64,000 bases of DNA from a bacterium (GTDB lineage: Bacteria; Patescibacteriota; Microgenomatia; JAMCZE01), in assembly GCA_021836035.1 (NCBI GenBank), contig JAKBJL010000003.1, forward strand, positions 4,135 to 68,134, given 5' to 3'. The translations under genes and the position numbers were made by a program. Below are positions 39,870-49,083 of this stretch, piece after piece (the first letter of the stretch is position 1; the number at the start of each line of letters is the position of its first letter). Under the pieces are notes generated by a model. That model was not told the origin of the DNA and did not search any database. It worked only from the letters and a program-made list of their open reading frames with translations.

Positions 39870-41951
39870 ATGAGGGTTGCCGGGATGTTGGTGTTGGCCA
39901 CGGGGGTAATTGTCGGATTATTTCTTTTCTTCCGTGCCGGTACGGTAAAAGCCCAGACGTGTGGTCTTTGTAACGGGGGTAAAGATTCCACTTGTTCCTG
40001 CGGGATTTACGGCCAAACCCGGGTAGCTCCCTGTTGCGATAGTGCTCCCAGTTGCCGCTTCTTAGGTTTTGAGGGCTGTCATGTAGATCCTTCGGGAACC
40101 GGTTGTGTTCCCACTGGCTGTGCCGGTGGCGGCGGGGGAGGAGGACTTACCTGTAATGAGAACGGAGGTTGGTGTGTGGGCGATTTATGTACAGACGAAA
40201 ATGCCGAAAAAACAGGCTCGTGTGGTTCCTATTGGATTACCGGCGTAAACGCCCAGAACTGGGACGAAACAACCTGCAAGCAGCGTAATTGGACTTATCC
40301 AGGTGTTCCGGTAAAGAAAGATAATGGGAACGGTTACTGGTTGCCGAAAGGACAATGTACGGGCGCCTGTAGACTGTCGGGAAAAACCTGCGGAGAGGGA
40401 ACCTGTAAGGATGTCTGCAATAATGATGTTCCCTGTAACATAGCGTGTCCGTCTCCTACTCCGCCTCCGCAATATCCTGTCTGCGATAGTCTTAACGTCG
40501 CTCAGTCCGGCCCTTATGCTCCGGCGACAATGACTATCAATTTAACCGGGCATACGGTTAATGGCGGCGTCATTAATACTTACGGGTTAGATATTATTGA
40601 CCCGACAGGGAAAACTAATCACTATGAAAATACTACGGGTAAATTCAGCATCTCTTTTAATCTCCCGGGGAATTACCAATTTACCGGTACCGTGATAGAC
40701 AACCTGGGTAAAACTTCTATCTGTAAAAGTACTTCGGTAACTTTACTGAAACCTCCGTTGTCCTGCAATTTAACTTTATATGACGCGCCGACAAATGATT
40801 TGGTTATCGGCGAGATATACCAAGCCTTGAAAGCAAGGGTTGATCTTACAAATAGCACGGACTACAACGATGTGAAAAAAGTGGAATTTACTTCTTCTAA
40901 TGGTCAGGCTATTCAAATTGACCCTGCGGTTATCGATTGGTATGTATATAACGGCATTTACGGGACAGATCTAAATATTAAGGGTGTAGCAAAAAAGATA
41001 TTTATTAAAGCCACAGCTACGTTGAGGAATGGGAAAATTTGTTTCGATGAGGTGGAGATAAATTCAACCTGGTTTCCTGCTTGGTGGCAAGCTAACCAGC
41101 CATCCGCGTACGGTGATATTTTTGCTTTTGACGAAATTAAGGACCCCATTTTTACCGACTTGAGCACCTTTTTGGATCTGGGGAACAATCCCGCGAAACA
41201 CTCTGCTGCCGTAGCTACCAATAGGGGAACCACCGGGTTTCCCACGCCGGACCTTAGCGGGGTCCCGGTAAACAAACTGAATAGTGCTATGTGGAAGATT
41301 AAAACGAATTCCCTCTACCCGGTGGGGCAGGCGGGACAGTATTTAAGCTATGACTACTGGTACAAATATCTAGGTGGGGATAGTTCGGTCCAAACCATGA
41401 CCGATAATGTTAATTCCGCTAATTATCTTGATGACCATTTGACGGAGGGTATATATACCCCCAGTCCTGGTCCGAACCTGCATATTCATCATAAACAGCA
41501 AATCAGTGCCGGGAAATATTTAATCATTTTAGTTCCCGGCAATCTTTATATCGATTATGCGGTGTCTGGCGAGGGGACCTGGATTGAACGTACGGATCCG
41601 ACCGCTTTTATAGCTTTCATTGTCAAAGGAAATATTATAATTGCGAACGGTCTGCAAAATGGGAATAATCCCTTGCTGGACGGGGTATATATTGCCCAAG
41701 GGAAATTCCAGACGGGGACTAGTATTGATTACTCAGGCGATAAAGATCCTAAGGATCCGAATAATCAAAATAAACAATTCCGTGGACGGGGGATTTTTGC
41801 CGCGGGCGGTGGATTTACCCTGGATCGGGATTTAACCAATCTTAATAATAAACAACCGGCAGAGATCTTCGATTATGACCCCTCATTGGTTCTTAACGCT
41901 CCTGCCATTATTCGTCGCTCGCATTACACTTGGGCGGAAATTGCCCCATAA
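39870..41951 (+). CDS. Secreted Cys-rich surface protein, paralog of 35964..38978
   Basis: Signal ending VKAQ; WWQ..AYGDIFA, TFLDLGNNP, FDYDPSLVLNAP...WAEIAP. Confidence 0.8.
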   Translation: MRVAGMLVLATGVIVGLFLFFRAGTVKAQTCGLCNGGKDSTCSCGIYGQTRVAPCCDSAPSCRFLGFEGCHVDPSGTGCVPTGCAGGGGGGGLTCNENGGWCVGDLCTDENAEKTGSCGSYWITGVNAQNWDETTCKQRNWTYPGVPVKKDNGNGYWLPKGQCTGACRLSGKTCGEGTCKDVCNNDVPCNIACPSPTPPPQYPVCDSLNVAQSGPYAPATMTINLTGHTVNGGVINTYGLDIIDPTGKTNHYENTTGKFSISFNLPGNYQFTGTVIDNLGKTSICKSTSVTLLKPPLSCNLTLYDAPTNDLVIGEIYQALKARVDLTNSTDYNDVKKVEFTSSNGQAIQIDPAVIDWYVYNGIYGTDLNIKGVAKKIFIKATATLRNGKICFDEVEINSTWFPAWWQANQPSAYGDIFAFDEIKDPIFTDLSTFLDLGNNPAKHSAAVATNRGTTGFPTPDLSGVPVNKLNSAMWKIKTNSLYPVGQAGQYLSYDYWYKYLGGDSSVQTMTDNVNSANYLDDHLTEGIYTPSPGPNLHIHHKQQISAGKYLIILVPGNLYIDYAVSGEGTWIERTDPTAFIAFIVKGNIIIANGLQNGNNPLLDGVYIAQGKFQTGTSIDYSGDKDPKDPNNQNKQFRGRGIFAAGGGFTLDRDLTNLNNKQPAEIFDYDPSLVLNAPAIIRRSHYTWAEIAP

Positions 41952-42046
41952 AAACTGCATAGCGAGCGTTTGGCGGCCAGTATATAGAAGAGAATAAAAA
42001 TCTGGAATTTCCTTTACGCTACGAACTTCCCGCTTTATGCTTAGAT

Positions 42047-42925
42047 TTAAACCTGTACTCTTACCGCCGGGCTCATGGTGGATTTGAGGAAGAGGGATTT
42101 TATTCTTTCCCGACCGATAGCTTTGATTAAAGCTTCCGCGTTCTCTACTAAATCTTTATCGGCAAAGCTCACTTTACCCAGAATCGTATGGACAATCGGC
42201 GCTTCCGTTTCGGTTTTAAACTGGATCTGGCCGGTAGATAATTTTTTCGCTAACTCTTCCGGGTTTTCGCCTATAGTTCCGGTTTTCGGGTTGGGCATTA
42301 GCCCCTTGGGGCCTAAAATTTTAGCAATTTTAGCCAGTTTCGGCATGAGAGTTGGGTGGGCGACTAGAATATCAAAATCAATATTGCCGCCTTTTTCTAA
42401 ATCCGTAATCAGTTTCTCGTCCGCAATACGGATGCGGATTTCTTTTCCAGTACCGTGGGGGAGGGCAACCACACCCCGAACCCCTTTTTCCGTAAGGTTG
42501 GCGTGCAATTCCATGGTGCCGTCAAATTTGGAAAATGTAGTCTTTTTGACCAATTCGATAGCTTCCGATAGGGGATAAGTTTTGTTTTTGTCCACCAAAG
42601 ATTTCATTTGCAGATACGTTTTTCCATGGGATAATTTTCTGCCCGCGGCAGATCGGCCCAGGGTCGATTTTTCCCCGGTCTTCTTAAGCTTTTTTTCTTC
42701 CGGTGCTTGTTCTTGTACTTGTTCTTTTTCCTTTTCTTTTTCTTTTTCTTGTTCTTGTACTTGTATTTGAACTTGTTCCTTTTCCCCTTTTTCACTATCT
42801 TTATGCTCTATGCTTTCCGCTTTCCGCTTAGTTAGTCTTTTTTGCTCGCGTTTAGCCTCCGACTTCCTGCGGGCGGCTTCCTCTGCTTTTTCATCTCCCA
42901 TGACAACTGTTTTAACTTTTCCCAT
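42047..42925 (-). CDS. rplA: 50S ribosomal protein L1 with charged N-terminal extension
   Basis: RGVVALPHGTGK, ILGPKGLMPNPKTGT, GKVSF, STMSP. Confidence 0.96.
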   Translation of the reverse strand: MGKVKTVVMGDEKAEEAARRKSEAKREQKRLTKRKAESIEHKDSEKGEKEQVQIQVQEQEKEKEKEKEQVQEQAPEEKKLKKTGEKSTLGRSAAGRKLSHGKTYLQMKSLVDKNKTYPLSEAIELVKKTTFSKFDGTMELHANLTEKGVRGVVALPHGTGKEIRIRIADEKLITDLEKGGNIDFDILVAHPTLMPKLAKIAKILGPKGLMPNPKTGTIGENPEELAKKLSTGQIQFKTETEAPIVHTILGKVSFADKDLVENAEALIKAIGRERIKSLFLKSTMSPAVRVQV

Positions 42926-43046
42926 TTTTAGTAAATTCTATAAATCAAATTCCAAGATAAATAGTAAATTCTAAATTAAAAATTATTAAATATTTAAATA
43001 TTTAGATTTACTTTAGATAATTAGATCTGGTTTCTTGGCAATTTTG

Positions 43047-43472
43047 TTACTCAATTTTAATGCCCATTGATCTTGCTGTTCCGGCAACAATTTTCTCTGC
43101 AGCCTCTAAGTTGTCATTGGCGTTTAAATCTTCCATTTTAGCAGTAGCAATTTTTGTAACTTGCTCATGGGTAATAGTTCCCACCGATTCCTGGCCTGGT
43201 TTTTTCGCTCCCTTTTCCAGCTTTAACTCCTTTTTTATTAGCTCGGCTACAGGCGGCAGTTTGGTAATAAATGAGAACGTTCTGTCCTCATAAACAGTTA
43301 TAACGGCCGGTATAACCTGCCCTTTTTTATCGGCTGTTTTTTCGTTGTAAGCCCGCACAAAGTCCATGATCGGCAGTCCGTGTTGGCCCAAGGCGGGACC
43401 AACCGGCGGAGCCGGAGTAGCTTCTCCCGCAGGAAGATTTAACTTAATAATAGTCTTAACTTTTTTTGCCAT
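43047..43472 (-). CDS. rplK: 50S ribosomal protein L11
   Basis: [25 protein letters not shown]. Confidence 0.98.
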   Translation of the reverse strand: MAKKVKTIIKLNLPAGEATPAPPVGPALGQHGLPIMDFVRAYNEKTADKKGQVIPAVITVYEDRTFSFITKLPPVAELIKKELKLEKGAKKPGQESVGTITHEQVTKIATAKMEDLNANDNLEAAEKIVAGTARSMGIKIE

Positions 43473-43475
43473 AGC

Positions 43476-44057
43476 TTATAATTTAGTAACCTGCAGGAAG
43501 TCCAGCTCTACCGGGGTTTCGCGGCCGAAAATAGAAACAAGCACCTTCAGTTTGCCGTGGGCTTCGTCTATAGAGTCGACTGTTCCTAAAAAATCGGCAA
43601 AGGGACCGTCAATAATTTTGATGGCTTCACCGGCGGAAAAGCTGCTCTTAAATTTCGGTGCCGCCAGCTGCGAAAATTTCATGATCGCTTCCACTTCTGA
43701 TTCCGGCAGGGGGGTGGGTTTGTTTCCCGTTCCGATAAAAGCGGTTACCCCCGAAGTAGTCCGTACGGCCAGCCATGAGTCGTCAGTTAAAATCATTCTG
43801 ACGAGAATGTAGCCCGGGAAGATCTTTTCTTTGACTTCTTCTTTTTTGCCGCGTTTGACAGTCATGGTGTCCTTGGTCGGAACCATAACTTCGAATATGT
43901 AATCCATCAAACCCATCGCCTCCGCGCGTTGTTTAAGAGCCGCGGCCACTTTGTTTTCGTGGCCAGAATAAGTATGAACCACATACCACTTAGCTAAATC
44001 CGAAGGCTTGGATTGCGGATTTGCTTCCGTATTTACTTGTGTAGTTTGTTCATCCAT
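43476..44057 (-). CDS. nusG: Transcription termination/antitermination factor NusG
   Basis: WYVVHTYSGHE, IFPGYIL, DGPFADF, IFGRETPVEL; start at MDEQ (44057). Confidence 0.97.
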   Translation of the reverse strand: MDEQTTQVNTEANPQSKPSDLAKWYVVHTYSGHENKVAAALKQRAEAMGLMDYIFEVMVPTKDTMTVKRGKKEEVKEKIFPGYILVRMILTDDSWLAVRTTSGVTAFIGTGNKPTPLPESEVEAIMKFSQLAAPKFKSSFSAGEAIKIIDGPFADFLGTVDSIDEAHGKLKVLVSIFGRETPVELDFLQVTKL

Positions 44058-44086
44058 ACAGTAATTAGAAATTAGATGTTTATTAG

Positions 44087-44317
44087 CTATCTGCTTAATA
44101 TGGCTGCCATTGCTTTGGCAAAAATAAAATCTAATCCTCCTAGGTAAACCCCGACTAAAACCGATACCCCAACAACTACAGCGGTTAATTTTAACACTTC
44201 CGGCCGGCTGGGCCAAGCAACCTTACGCAGTTCCGACCGCACTTCCTTGAGAAAAGTTACCGGATTAGTCCCGAAATTCGGACGGGTAATATTAAAAGAA
44301 TCGCTTATTTGGACCAT
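44087..44317 (-). CDS. secE: Preprotein translocase subunit SecE
   Basis: FLKEVRSELRKVAWPSR plus TM. Confidence 0.95.
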   Translation of the reverse strand: MVQISDSFNITRPNFGTNPVTFLKEVRSELRKVAWPSRPEVLKLTAVVVGVSVLVGVYLGGLDFIFAKAMAAILSR

Positions 44318-44477
44318 AATTAATTATCGGTTTTCAGTTCTCGGTTCTCAGAAATAAGTTTACCGGTTCTCTTTTTATCGGTTACCGATAAACCGAGAAC
44401 AGATAGACTGGAATCCGAAAACCGCCAGCCCAAGGCTGATCCGCCTCGGGCGGGAAAACTGGCAATTAATAACCGCA

Positions 44478-44651
44478 TTATTTTAATTTCTCGGTTTCCT
44501 TGTGCTCCGTGTGTTTTCGGCAATGCCGGCAGTATTTTTTTAATACTAATTTATCTTTGTTTTCCAGCTTGTTTTTGGCCGTCACGTAATTACGGTATCC
44601 GCAGACAGCGCAGACCAAACCTAACTTCACCGTTGCATCTTTTTGGGCCAT
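44478..44651 (-). CDS. rpmG: 50S ribosomal protein L33 (Zn-ribbon type)
   Basis: Below the ORF-track cutoff; manual translation [28 protein letters not shown]...[19 protein letters not shown]; canonical position before secE. Confidence 0.95.
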   Translation of the reverse strand: MAQKDATVKLGLVCAVCGYRNYVTAKNKLENKDKLVLKKYCRHCRKHTEHKETEKLK

Positions 44652-44693
44652 GGGACAATTATACCGAACAACCGGAAAGAGGACAAGTAGCGC

Positions 44694-44867
44694 CTAGATA
44701 TGCCGCGAAATAATGATCGCACCAACCGATCCGGCGACAGCTCCGGCATATTGGAGGATTTGTAGGGGATCGGAGAAATAGCCTGCTCGGATAAAAGTGG
44801 CGATGATGCCGACGGTAAAAACGAGTGCGGGGACGACTTGGTGAATGGGCAGCTTTAGGTTGATCAC
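44694..44867 (-). CDS. Small two-TM hypothetical protein (57 aa)
   Basis: Manual translation from GTG: MINLKLPIHQVVPALVFTVGIIATF...AGAVAGSVGAIIISRHI; TTGACA (44905)-17-TAAAAT immediately upstream. Confidence 0.6.
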   Translation of the reverse strand: MINLKLPIHQVVPALVFTVGIIATFIRAGYFSDPLQILQYAGAVAGSVGAIIISRHI

Positions 44868-44944
44868 TAAGCGGTCATTTTAGAGATCAGCAGCTCTCTT
44901 GTCAAGGACTTAATAAGAAACAGGATAATTTAATGTACGAAGAG

Positions 44945-45247
44945 TTAAAGTCTATCTTTTTCCGGGGGACAGTATGGCCAAAGTTCCTCAATGGATTTGC
45001 CTGCTAATTGTTGGCAAACCCTATCGATGGAGGACACATCCTCGAGGGGATATATGGGTGGTGTAGGCCCGGCTTCGGGGGGCATGGGGTAGTTGTGGAG
45101 TAATTCTTCTGAAAATCGTATGTAATCAGAAGTACCTACGGTAAGCCGGAGTGATTTATCTTCCCGTATTATTAAAATATCCCAACCGACAATTTTATCT
45201 TTATCGCGAATACAACCTAGTTCCTGGCAATGTTGATTCTCATTCAT
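44945..45247 (-). CDS. Hypothetical protein
   Basis: 100 aa ORF, 3 nt after 45251..45907. Confidence 0.6.
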   Translation of the reverse strand: MNENQHCQELGCIRDKDKIVGWDILIIREDKSLRLTVGTSDYIRFSEELLHNYPMPPEAGPTPPIYPLEDVSSIDRVCQQLAGKSIEELWPYCPPEKDRL

Positions 45248-45250
45248 AAA

Positions 45251-45907
45251 TTACATTTTTTTGTTTTTGTTAAAAGAAAGGGCATTATAGACATCGGTCT
45301 CCCGGGTTTTATTATCGCAAACGGCTACTTTGAGATAAATTGGATCCGCAAAATCATAACGATATACCGGATTATATTTTTTTGTTGATCTTTCGACCCC
45401 TCCGATTTTCATATAATACACACGATCGCAACCAGAACCATTGCTGGAGTAATAGATATTGGTATCACCGGGTCCATACGTCCTGGGCTGGTTAACGGTT
45501 TTACTGTTGCGATAACCTAATCCCATATCAAGCCGGGCTATAAGATCACTGTACCAAATCTTATTGTAAATACTTTCTTTTGTTTGCGCTATTTCCAGCT
45601 TTTCTGCTAATTCCTTCCTCCTTATTTCCGATAGGGTTTCATCCCTTAACTTATTTTCAATATCCGCCACCGGATTTTTTATAAACCTTGCCATTTCTTT
45701 AGAGATGGCTTCCCCGACATAAAATATTTTACCGCTGACTGTTTCAACCTTAGAGAGAGCCGCGGTCATTGGCTCCCGCAACCAACCCAGCCGGTCTGGG
45801 CCAATATTGATACGAAGATTTGTAATTTCTTTGCTGATTATACCTTCGTGAAATTTTTCTCTTGATGGGGCGATGGGAGAAATAATAGTATCAGGAAATA
45901 TAGCCAT
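45251..45907 (-). CDS. Hypothetical protein
   Basis: 218 aa ORF with a TTGACT promoter-like sequence upstream. Confidence 0.65.
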   Translation of the reverse strand: MAIFPDTIISPIAPSREKFHEGIISKEITNLRINIGPDRLGWLREPMTAALSKVETVSGKIFYVGEAISKEMARFIKNPVADIENKLRDETLSEIRRKELAEKLEIAQTKESIYNKIWYSDLIARLDMGLGYRNSKTVNQPRTYGPGDTNIYYSSNGSGCDRVYYMKIGGVERSTKKYNPVYRYDFADPIYLKVAVCDNKTRETDVYNALSFNKNKKM

Positions 45908-46100
45908 AACAGATAATTCTAATTTACTACTTCGGAGCGTAAAGTCAAGCAGCTGTCCTGGTCCGGTATATATCGGACTTTGGGTTCTCCTTTAACCTAA
46001 GGACCGCGGGTGTTAAAGACCCTAAGGTCCGGTGCGGCCTTACCGTATTGAAAACATTTCCGTAACTTTTTCAGTTCGGGATATATGTTAAAATAGGGCA

Positions 46101-46322
46101 ATGGAAGAAGAATTTAACAAGACCGAAGAAATTAAAAACGGAGCTACCGGCGGGCAAACAGTACCCGAGGAAGTGAAAAACAAGTTAAGAAGATTTCTCG
46201 CCTTAAGGAAAAAACCGGTAACCCGGGAGAATGCTTCGCCGGAAAAGATTAGAGAGGCTGCAGATCTTGCCCGTAAATTTCGCCCCAATACTCCCGCTGC
46301 GGAAAGCTTTAATAAAAATTAA
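46101..46322 (+). CDS. Hypothetical protein
   Basis: 73 aa ORF preceded by TGTTAAAAT (extended -10). Confidence 0.5.
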   Translation: MEEEFNKTEEIKNGATGGQTVPEEVKNKLRRFLALRKKPVTRENASPEKIREAADLARKFRPNTPAAESFNKN

Positions 46323-46479
46323 TTTATTTTCAACAAGTTTGCTTCAGGAGGCAATGCCTATTAAGGGAAATAAAGGTAAAAGTGTTACGCCATGGCGTAG
46401 TACTTTATAAAGTGTACTCTTTATAGAGTGCGGATGGATTTTGATATTACTAGGATAAAACGAATAAATTTTGACTTTA

Positions 46480-46537
46480 TGAGCCGCCTGACAGAATCGG
46501 ATCCTCAACCCTCCCGCCAAAGGCGGGCGCTCTACCC
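46480..46537 (-). other. tRNA-like 3' remnant with a palindrome in place of the anticodon arm
   Basis: Minus strand GGTAGAGCG-CCCGCCTTTGGCGGG-AGGGTTGAGGATCCGATTCTGTCAGGCGGCTCA parallels the adjacent tRNA-Thr. Confidence 0.55.
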
Positions 46538-46542
46538 ATATG

Positions 46543-46614
46543 AGCCGGGAGAGGGAATCGGACCCTCGACCTAAGTCTTACCAAGACTTCGCTCTACCAC
46601 TGAGCCATCCCGGC
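46543..46614 (-). tRNA. tRNA-Thr(GGT)
   Basis: GCCGGGA/TCCCGGC acceptor; GCTCAGTGGTAGAGC D arm; AAGTC-TTGGTAA-GACTT; GAGGG-TCCGATT-CCCTC. Confidence 0.93.
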
Positions 46615-46850
46615 TTAATAATTTTTTAGAGCATTTCCACCCTTGTACGATTTAATTTGTCTTTCCCTGGGTCTCGCCTCAATTTCTGTGCTATACGTTT
46701 TTAACTGAATTAATTTTCACTTGCCTTCGGTGGCAATTGACCTGGTATGCCCTGAATTATGTTCCTTAAGTATTCGTTCGGTGTCATTGGTCAAACCAAT
46801 ATATTTCCTCTCCGAAAGAACATCTTTATTATATAAGTAAAATATATGAC
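46615..46850 (-). pseudogene. GIY-YIG (UPF0213-like) nuclease with a nonsense codon
   Basis: FYLY...KYIGLTNDTERILKEHNSG...K-TGA-KLIQ...EARPRERQIKSYKGG; the TGA sits where Trp is usual. Confidence 0.75.
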
Positions 46851-46956
46851 TCTCTGCCTCCCAGCCAAAGGCGGGCGCTCGGACTTTATCCGCCTTTGGC
46901 GGAACCGAGCCAAGACGGCAGAAGTTTTGCAGTAATGATATCATAACCCCAGCAAC

Positions 46957-47958
46957 ATGCGAAATATTTGGTTCCTGCCGGTAGCCTTGGTTTTTCTCCT
47001 GGTGACGCTTTCTGGCCTGCTTTTGCTTCCTAGAGGCAAGCGGGATTTTATCTCACCCCTGATTCCTCCTAAACCTAAACCTTTAATTGCCTATACCTAC
47101 GAAAATTTACGACAGAGACAATACCAAGCTTCCGGAATTAATTGGGAAAAAATCCTGACCCAAAATAAGAATTTTACTACCTGGATTTTTTCTTTTACTT
47201 CGGACGGCAAGAGGATTTCTGGAACGGCTGACCTTCCCGCGGGGGTAGCTACCGGAAGCGCTTTGTCCTCACCGACAATCATGATGATTCATGGTTATGC
47301 AGAAGTAGCGGAATATTACCCGGGTTTCGGAACGGAAAAAGTGGCCGGAGAGTTAGCTAAAAATGGATTTGTTACTTTGGCCCCGGACTTTTTAGGTTAC
47401 GGATCTTCCGACAAACCCAGCGGCAATGTGTTTGAAGACCGTTTTATGACCTATACGACCGTACTGAATTTGATTTCTACTTATGAAGAAAATTGTAAAT
47501 TAAAAATTGCAAATTGTAAATTCGGCCTGTGGGGTCATTCTAACGGTGGGCAAATCGCCCTTTCGGTTTTAGAGATTTCCGGGAAAAAGATTCCGGCGGT
47601 ACTTTGGAATCCGGTTTCCAAACCTTTTCCCTACAGCATTTTGTATTACACCGACGAATTTGATGATCGGGGCAAAGCTTTGCGCAAAAACCTGGCGGAA
47701 TTTGAAAATGACTACGATGTGGAATTGTATTCCTTACCCAACTATCTTGATTGGATCGAAGCTAATATTCTTTTACAACAGGGAGCTTTAGATGAATCGG
47801 TTCCCCAGAAATGGTCTGACGAGCTGGCAAAAAATTTAAAAGATAAAAATAAAAAGGTTACCTATATGGTTTATCCAGGGGCCGATCATAACATGCAACC
47901 GCAATGGCAGAATGCCGTGTCAGACGCCGTGAGCTTCTTCAAGGCGGGGCTGGAGTGA
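46957..47958 (+). CDS. Membrane-anchored alpha/beta hydrolase (S9-like)
   Basis: HGY, APDFLGYGSS, GHSNGG, GALDESVP, GADHN. Confidence 0.88.
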   Translation: MRNIWFLPVALVFLLVTLSGLLLLPRGKRDFISPLIPPKPKPLIAYTYENLRQRQYQASGINWEKILTQNKNFTTWIFSFTSDGKRISGTADLPAGVATGSALSSPTIMMIHGYAEVAEYYPGFGTEKVAGELAKNGFVTLAPDFLGYGSSDKPSGNVFEDRFMTYTTVLNLISTYEENCKLKIANCKFGLWGHSNGGQIALSVLEISGKKIPAVLWNPVSKPFPYSILYYTDEFDDRGKALRKNLAEFENDYDVELYSLPNYLDWIEANILLQQGALDESVPQKWSDELAKNLKDKNKKVTYMVYPGADHNMQPQWQNAVSDAVSFFKAGLE

Positions 47959-48105
47959 CCTAAAGCAAATAGCTTAAAGCCATTAGCCGTCAGCTTTAAG
48001 CTAATTAGTAAAATCTTGGGTTAACCCCAGTAACATGCGCACTAGCTCCCGCGTACTATGTGCCGTCGTCGCTGGTTCGCAGTTACGGGGCAAGCGCCTT
48101 CGGGA

Positions 48106-49083
48106 TTAGTTAGTGAAATCTTGTGTAAACATTTTACCGTAGATTCCTCCGTCGATGATACCGATACCGATTTTGTGAAAGTTGGGGTTCAAAATATTTT
48201 CCCGGTGGCCGGGGCTGTCCATTAAACCGTTATGAGCAAGGATCGTGGTCGGGGCATACGCAATATTCTCTCCCGCCTCCGTAAAACTAATCCCGGCAGC
48301 CTGCATGCGGTCAAAGGGGCTTTTGCCGTCCGGATCAATATGGGAAAAATAACCCCGGGCGAACATATCGCGGCTATGGGCGCGGGCGACATCTCGTAAT
48401 TTAACGTCAAATTGGAGCGCGGGAATTCCCCGTGAGGTTCGTTCGTGATTGACCAAGTTCAGCATTTCGCTTTCCGAGGAGGAATCAACAGTGACCTCAG
48501 TAGTCCGAAAATGCAGATTGATATTTTCGCTGCCGCCGGGATTAACAGTAAGAAAGCTGATTGTGTCTTGGGCCGCACCGCCCAAAATGCCGGCAATTGT
48601 TTTTTCCACCCGCCCCGATTGAGTTGCCAGCGCTCCGCCGAGTTTTGACTGGGCGACGGCAGCTTTTAAAGCTCCGGGGAAGGGGAGGCCGATGACTAGA
48701 ATGACAAAGAATGCCGTAACGACTACGGCGTCAATAAAAGCGGGGAAAACGCCGAGCAGACGGTTCCAAAGGGAAGTGAAGAGCTTTTCCGGGATCCGGC
48801 GGTAAACCATATTCAGAAGAAAACCGAGAATAATTTCCGCGAAGAAAGCGATGGCAACAAAGCCTAAGGCATTAGCGATTCCGGGGGAGAAGGAGAAATT
48901 TTCGGTAAAGAGTTGTCCGGCGAGAGGATAGAGGCGCAGGGCGACGGCAAAAGAACCCAAGAAATTAATCATCCGCGCGGTCAGGGAAAGAAACCCTTCC
49001 GGCCAATTGGCCAGGACATAAACGCCGATAAAAAGAATGATCACGAGGTCAACCCAATTGCCGTGCAGCGCTGGAAGGTTCAT
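48106..49083 (-). CDS. CvpA-like membrane domain fused to CAP/SCP domain
   Basis: NWVDLVII..., NRLLG; LVNHER, AHSRDM, GENIA, LMDSPGHRENIL, TQDF. Confidence 0.88.
   Translation of the reverse strand: MNLPALHGNWVDLVIILFIGVYVLANWPEGFLSLTARMINFLGSFAVALRLYPLAGQLFTENFSFSPGIANALGFVAIAFFAEIILGFLLNMVYRRIPEKLFTSLWNRLLGVFPAFIDAVVVTAFFVILVIGLPFPGALKAAVAQSKLGGALATQSGRVEKTIAGILGGAAQDTISFLTVNPGGSENINLHFRTTEVTVDSSSESEMLNLVNHERTSRGIPALQFDVKLRDVARAHSRDMFARGYFSHIDPDGKSPFDRMQAAGISFTEAGENIAYAPTTILAHNGLMDSPGHRENILNPNFHKIGIGIIDGGIYGKMFTQDFTN

Noticed and set aside
42075-43812. Long antisense ORFs over rplA, rplK and nusG, and similar shadow ORFs elsewhere
   Set aside because: Explained by codon bias of the real genes on the opposite strand.
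45251-45907. RelE-like toxin with partner 44945..45247
   Set aside because: Only a vague RVY/hydrophobic-strand resemblance, and the size is atypical.
46717-46719. In-frame TGA codons (GIY-YIG; also NUDIX near 50177) as a sign of genetic code 25 or selenocysteine
   Set aside because: They fall at expected Trp and Arg positions, one substitution from TGG or CGA. Many intact genes end in TGA with ATGA overlaps.
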